Assembly: GCA_037446635.1 (NCBI GenBank)
Contig: JBBIIG010000001.1
Location: 181,638-245,637 of the forward strand
Origin: a bacterium
GTDB lineage: Bacteria > Zhuqueibacterota > Zhuqueibacteria > Oceanimicrobiales > Oceanimicrobiaceae
Direction of reading: 5' to 3'
DNA length: 64,000 nucleotides
Shown here: in pieces, positions 60,409-64,000 of the stretch
Layout: every line of letters begins with the position of its first letter
Numbering within the stretch: position 1 is the first letter of the stretch
Position numbers and translations under genes: made by a program
The notes under the pieces: generated by a model
The model's database searches: none
What the model saw: only the letters and a program-made list of their open reading frames with translations
What the model was told of the DNA's origin: nothing

Positions 60409-62178
60409 TTATCGAATGAGCAGCATTTTCCGAACCTGGAAAAACGAGCCGGCTTGCAAGCGATACACGTAAATTCCGCTGGCCAGCTGCCGGCCAGCGT
60501 CATCGCGGCCATCCCACTGCGTTTGATGCGAGCCGCCATCTTGCTGCTGGTGCACCAGCGTGCGGATTTTTTCACCCAGCGTGTTAAACACTTCCAAACG
60601 CACGGCATGACGCCCCGCCGGCAGTTCGTACCGAATCAATGTTACAGGATTAAAGGGATTCGGGAAGTTTTGCTGCAAACGAAATCCTGCCGGCAGATTG
60701 GGGGACTCGCCTGTCACACTGGTAACGTTCACGGTGACTTCGTTGGAAAGGACGCTTTCCCCTTCGTCGTATTGTGCGCTGACGGCATAAAAGTAGGTGG
60801 TACCCACGACGGTGTTATTGTCGATAAAGCTCAGGATGTTGGCCTCCACCGAGCCAATTAAATTCTGACTCTCCGCGGTAACTGGCGAAGTCTCGCTGCG
60901 GTAGATGTTGAAGCTTTGCAGGGCCGCCGTCTTTGATAGAGAATACAATCTCTGCGAATTGGCATTGTGATATGAACCGCTGAATTCGTGGCCGCCTGAT
61001 ACTCCAGACAGACTCCTTTCTTTCATTACCGCTGATTTTTTTTCTCCTTCAAAATTGGACGACGCCAACGCAGCCGTCGTAACATTTGAAGTCACGATCG
61101 CGCGAATAATGAAATTACCTGGGAATCCCAAATCGCCGCTGCGGACAAACGCTCCAGTGGAGGGATTTCGTAACCACGACCGCAGAGCATCGATTGAGTT
61201 GGTATCTCGGTCAATGGCAAAATCTCCGGTTTCACCCGACACAAAAAAGAGCGCAATATAAAAATCGCCGTTTGCAATAGAGATAGGGGTTGGAAACTCG
61301 GCTTGAATTAAACCGGCCTCGTTGAATGTAACAATGCCATCAAACACCGGTGAGTTGACCGGGCCGACGTTCATTGCAGCCGGATCCAGATAAACGCGCA
61401 CCCCGTAATCATCCGGCTCTACATCCCCACTAGCGCCGAATACAAAAGAAATTAAATTAACTGGATACGAGGGAGGCGTAAACCTTACGGCCAGCTCAGC
61501 GCCATCAAAATTTCCTCTTATGCCAATTTCAGCCGAGCCATCGTCATACGCTATCTCGGTTGTATCGCGAAGCGGCGGGGCCCCCGGCGATTGCCAATTA
61601 AGCTGCACACCCTCTGTAATCAGCGCGGCCGTCAGATTAAGCGGCGGATCCAAGATAATAATGCACGGCGTAACCGGCGCGGCGTTCCAGGCGCCGGTGA
61701 CGCTGCTGCCGCCGCATTGATTGTTGGAATAGGAAAAACTGCCACTGACGGATTGCCCGTCCTCCGAAAACGTTCCGCTGAGGGAGCCGGAACTAATGGT
61801 GGGAATGTTGTAGCTGATGTTAAAACTATTGCCAGAAACAGTAACAGGAAAGTTTTTAACCTCCACGGTGGTGCAGCCACCGACGTTTCGAAAAATGATG
61901 CGAAACGTATCGATGGTGGTCTGGTTAATCAAGTTGAAGCGGACGTCGTTGTTACCGGTCCACAGCCCCTCACAAAGCTCGTTGCCCCCCGCGACCGCGT
62001 CCGCCATTTGCGGCCCGCGATCCGAAAAAGTGAACATCTCGCCGTTGGCCTGAGTGATCGTAACCACGGTCACCGGCTGAACTGTGGCCGCATCCGTTTC
62101 AATTTGTTGCCCTTGTAGGGACACGAACGAGCCGATCACCAACAGCGTCACCACTACAACAGTTGTTGTTTTTTTCAT
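60409..62178 (-). CDS. Secreted protein with FN3-like segments and C-terminal FlgD-Ig/sorting domain
   Basis: Signal peptide; PPLNLTA...LNW, YFYAVSA; LQQNFPNPFNP...WDGRDDAG...SGIYVYRL. Confidence 0.8.
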   Translation of the reverse strand: MKKTTTVVVVTLLVIGSFVSLQGQQIETDAATVQPVTVVTITQANGEMFTFSDRGPQMADAVAGGNELCEGLWTGNNDVRFNLINQTTIDTFRIIFRNVGGCTTVEVKNFPVTVSGNSFNISYNIPTISSGSLSGTFSEDGQSVSGSFSYSNNQCGGSSVTGAWNAAPVTPCIIILDPPLNLTAALITEGVQLNWQSPGAPPLRDTTEIAYDDGSAEIGIRGNFDGAELAVRFTPPSYPVNLISFVFGASGDVEPDDYGVRVYLDPAAMNVGPVNSPVFDGIVTFNEAGLIQAEFPTPISIANGDFYIALFFVSGETGDFAIDRDTNSIDALRSWLRNPSTGAFVRSGDLGFPGNFIIRAIVTSNVTTAALASSNFEGEKKSAVMKERSLSGVSGGHEFSGSYHNANSQRLYSLSKTAALQSFNIYRSETSPVTAESQNLIGSVEANILSFIDNNTVVGTTYFYAVSAQYDEGESVLSNEVTVNVTSVTGESPNLPAGFRLQQNFPNPFNPVTLIRYELPAGRHAVRLEVFNTLGEKIRTLVHQQQDGGSHQTQWDGRDDAGRQLASGIYVYRLQAGSFFQVRKMLLIR

Positions 62179-62304
62179 GGCGCCCTCGTAGTTAGTTGAT
62201 TAATTTATTGTTCGCTCTTAGAGTTGAACAATATCAAAAAACTTTTGTAAAGCTAAATACGTGAGGAGGAAGGATTAACAAGAAAATGGAAAAAAGCGAC
62301 GTTA

Positions 62305-62727
62305 TTAATTTCCCGCCTCGACCAACTTCTTAATCTTTTCGTTATCCTTCTCGATGCCGCTGCTGATGGTTTTGATGGTTTCGGGAGACAGGTCATCTTC
62401 ATAAAAGCTGGTGCGCACCATCAGGGTGCCGTTAGGAATGGATTTGAGCAGGATCACGGCATCGCCCGTTAGCGGGCCGCCAAAGCGGCGGTAGCCAATT
62501 TTTTCATTTTCAACGAATTCTGTGATCTCGACGTTGTACTGAATCAGCGGGGTGTCGGCATCCCCGGCAATCACCTTCGCCTGCGTCCCCACGCCCGCCT
62601 GGCCATCGGAGTAGCCCTGAACCTCTTTGACGAAATTGAAGAGCTTGGTCCAGTTTTTGGGATGAATTTGCGCCCACACTTTTTCCGCCGAAGCGTTGAT
62701 CAAAATGGAACGAGTGATTTCGGTCAT
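62305..62727 (-). CDS. SRPBCC (START-like) family protein
   Basis: ITRSILINASAEKVW...EITEFVENEKI; GGAG RBS. Confidence 0.75.
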   Translation of the reverse strand: MTEITRSILINASAEKVWAQIHPKNWTKLFNFVKEVQGYSDGQAGVGTQAKVIAGDADTPLIQYNVEITEFVENEKIGYRRFGGPLTGDAVILLKSIPNGTLMVRTSFYEDDLSPETIKTISSGIEKDNEKIKKLVEAGN

Positions 62728-62781
62728 GGGGCGTCTCCAGTTCTATAAGTTTGTAAACATTGCTTATCTAAGCAAAGTTTT

Positions 62782-62880
62782 TTTAACCGCAAAGATCGCA
62801 AAGATGGCGGAAAGGCCGCTAATGAAGACCATTTTTTCCCTTTGCGCCCTTTGCATTTTCTTAGCGACCTTTGCGGTAAA
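62782..62880. repeat. CGCAAAG / CTTTGCG palindromic element
   Basis: ACCGCAAAGATCGCAAAG ... CTTTGCG...CTTAGCGACCTTTGCGGT. Confidence 0.65.
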
Positions 62881-62921
62881 GTTACGCAGGCAGGTGATTC
62901 TGCTAAGCTGTATTTGGCAAA

Positions 62922-63287
62922 CTAAGCGGGAACCGCACTGGCGCTGAGGGATTCGGTAATTTTTTTCTTAACTTCGCCGTCGTCAAGCTGCCGCAAAAGC
63001 TCATCAATCGACTTGCCGATGGCCGACCAATTGTTTTTGCCAAAAACTTTATCGCCAAACAAAAAATAACCGTTCGGGCATTTATATAGAATCACGCTTT
63101 TGAAATCACCCACGTAGCCGGTTTTTAAAATTTCTTCGCCCTTAAATTGGACGGTGGTGTCCTTCACATGCAAAACACGGCTGACGGTATTGAGCTGGTT
63201 GAGGAATCTTCGACCCTCGGCAGTTTGGAGATTGGTTTCGAGGTCAAGCGAGATGGCATCTTTGGGCTTTGCGGCTTTTTCAGACAT
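62922..63287 (-). CDS. Hypothetical protein
   Basis: 121-aa ORF with GGAGG RBS; no motif recognised. Confidence 0.65.
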   Translation of the reverse strand: MSEKAAKPKDAISLDLETNLQTAEGRRFLNQLNTVSRVLHVKDTTVQFKGEEILKTGYVGDFKSVILYKCPNGYFLFGDKVFGKNNWSAIGKSIDELLRQLDDGEVKKKITESLSASAVPA

Positions 63288-63382
63288 GCACTTTCTTCCT
63301 CCAATAGATAACGTAAGCTTGCTGGCGTAAAAGCAACGCGAAAATACACATTATCTCAGGGAAATGCAAGAAAAAATCCGTT

Positions 63383-64000
63383 TCAACTGCCGTTGCTAAA
63401 AACGGCTTTCGTGTCGGGCGCGCTCCCTTCTTCAATTGCCTTCAAGATAAAGTTGGCGTACTTGCGATGTCCGGAATTGTTGAAGTGTGAATTGGGAAGC
63501 TTCATGTAATCGCTTTCATCGAGAAAATCCGGGATATATGCCTCGAACTCTCTGAAAAAATTTTGATGGTATCGGATGCTGTTGGCTGGCTGCTGTCTTC
63601 GCGGGTGAATTGGGATCACGAACATCATAAAACGCGCGCCAACCTTTTCCGAAGCGGATTTGATTCGCAGCAGAGATTCGCGAACGCGATCATAAACCGG
63701 ACTGGCGGCCTCATTTTCCGAATCGGCGAACGCCTCACGCTTGATTTTGGAAGCGGCCACCACCAAATAGGTGCCGACCACCGTTTTCGTCAACGCATTT
63801 CGCAGCGCTGATTTAAACGGCACGGCGTTCTGCAGCGAATCGGTCGCGGCGTTGTTTTTGGCAAGATAATACTCGTAGGCCTGCTGCGGAGTCATGTAAT
63901 TTCCATCGTCGTCGAAGGCGTATAAAAATTTGGCGTTGGTCACGTGATAGAGATTTTTGAACGGCATCATTGGCCGCGGCGCAATGAAATCGTTGCCGAT
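63383..64000 (-). CDS. SGNH/GDSL hydrolase-like protein, 3' part
   Basis: The frame runs off the window edge; IGND at the edge and SHFNNSGHRKYA near the C-terminus. Confidence 0.65.
   Translation of the reverse strand: MGNDFIAPRPMMPFKNLYHVTNAKFLYAFDDDGNYMTPQQAYEYYLAKNNAATDSLQNAVPFKSALRNALTKTVVGTYLVVAASKIKREAFADSENEAASPVYDRVRESLLRIKSASEKVGARFMMFVIPIHPRRQQPANSIRYHQNFFREFEAYIPDFLDESDYMKLPNSHFNNSGHRKYANFILKAIEEGSAPDTKAVFSNGS

Overview
A 64-kb bacterial window. The host is inferred to be an FCB-group organism such as KSB1/Calditrichota, from the NFPNPFNP...FlgD-type C-terminal domain, the short RpoD and the SdhCAB type. Bases 1 to ~15.55 kb look like the right part of a genomic island inserted in comM (yifB): only the 3' part of comM remains, and the junction lies in the MNPCPCG motif. 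The island carries pckA (5' end), glgP, an RND permease fused to a TolC-like outer-membrane factor, its adaptor, and a PAS/sigma-54 activator. Two copies of an enhancer plus -24/-12 promoter module drive several degenerate homologues (thioredoxin without CXXC, a probably inactive RsbW-like protein, an atypical receiver, a mini-adaptor, a broken DoxX). The rest looks like backbone: rpsU, 6S RNA, dmpA, nfeD-stomatin, a complex I operon with membrane subunits only (nuoA-H-J-K-L-M-N), pepP, sdhCAB interrupted by a collapsed DUF433-DUF5615 pair, priA, rpoD, a two-component pair, an Fe3+-type ABC system with an insertion in the ATPase signature motif, SulP, two GH13 enzymes and an Omp85 protein. Intergenic regions hold several REP-like palindrome families. 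No tRNA, rRNA or CRISPR array was seen. All family calls come from motif recognition by eye; no searches were run.
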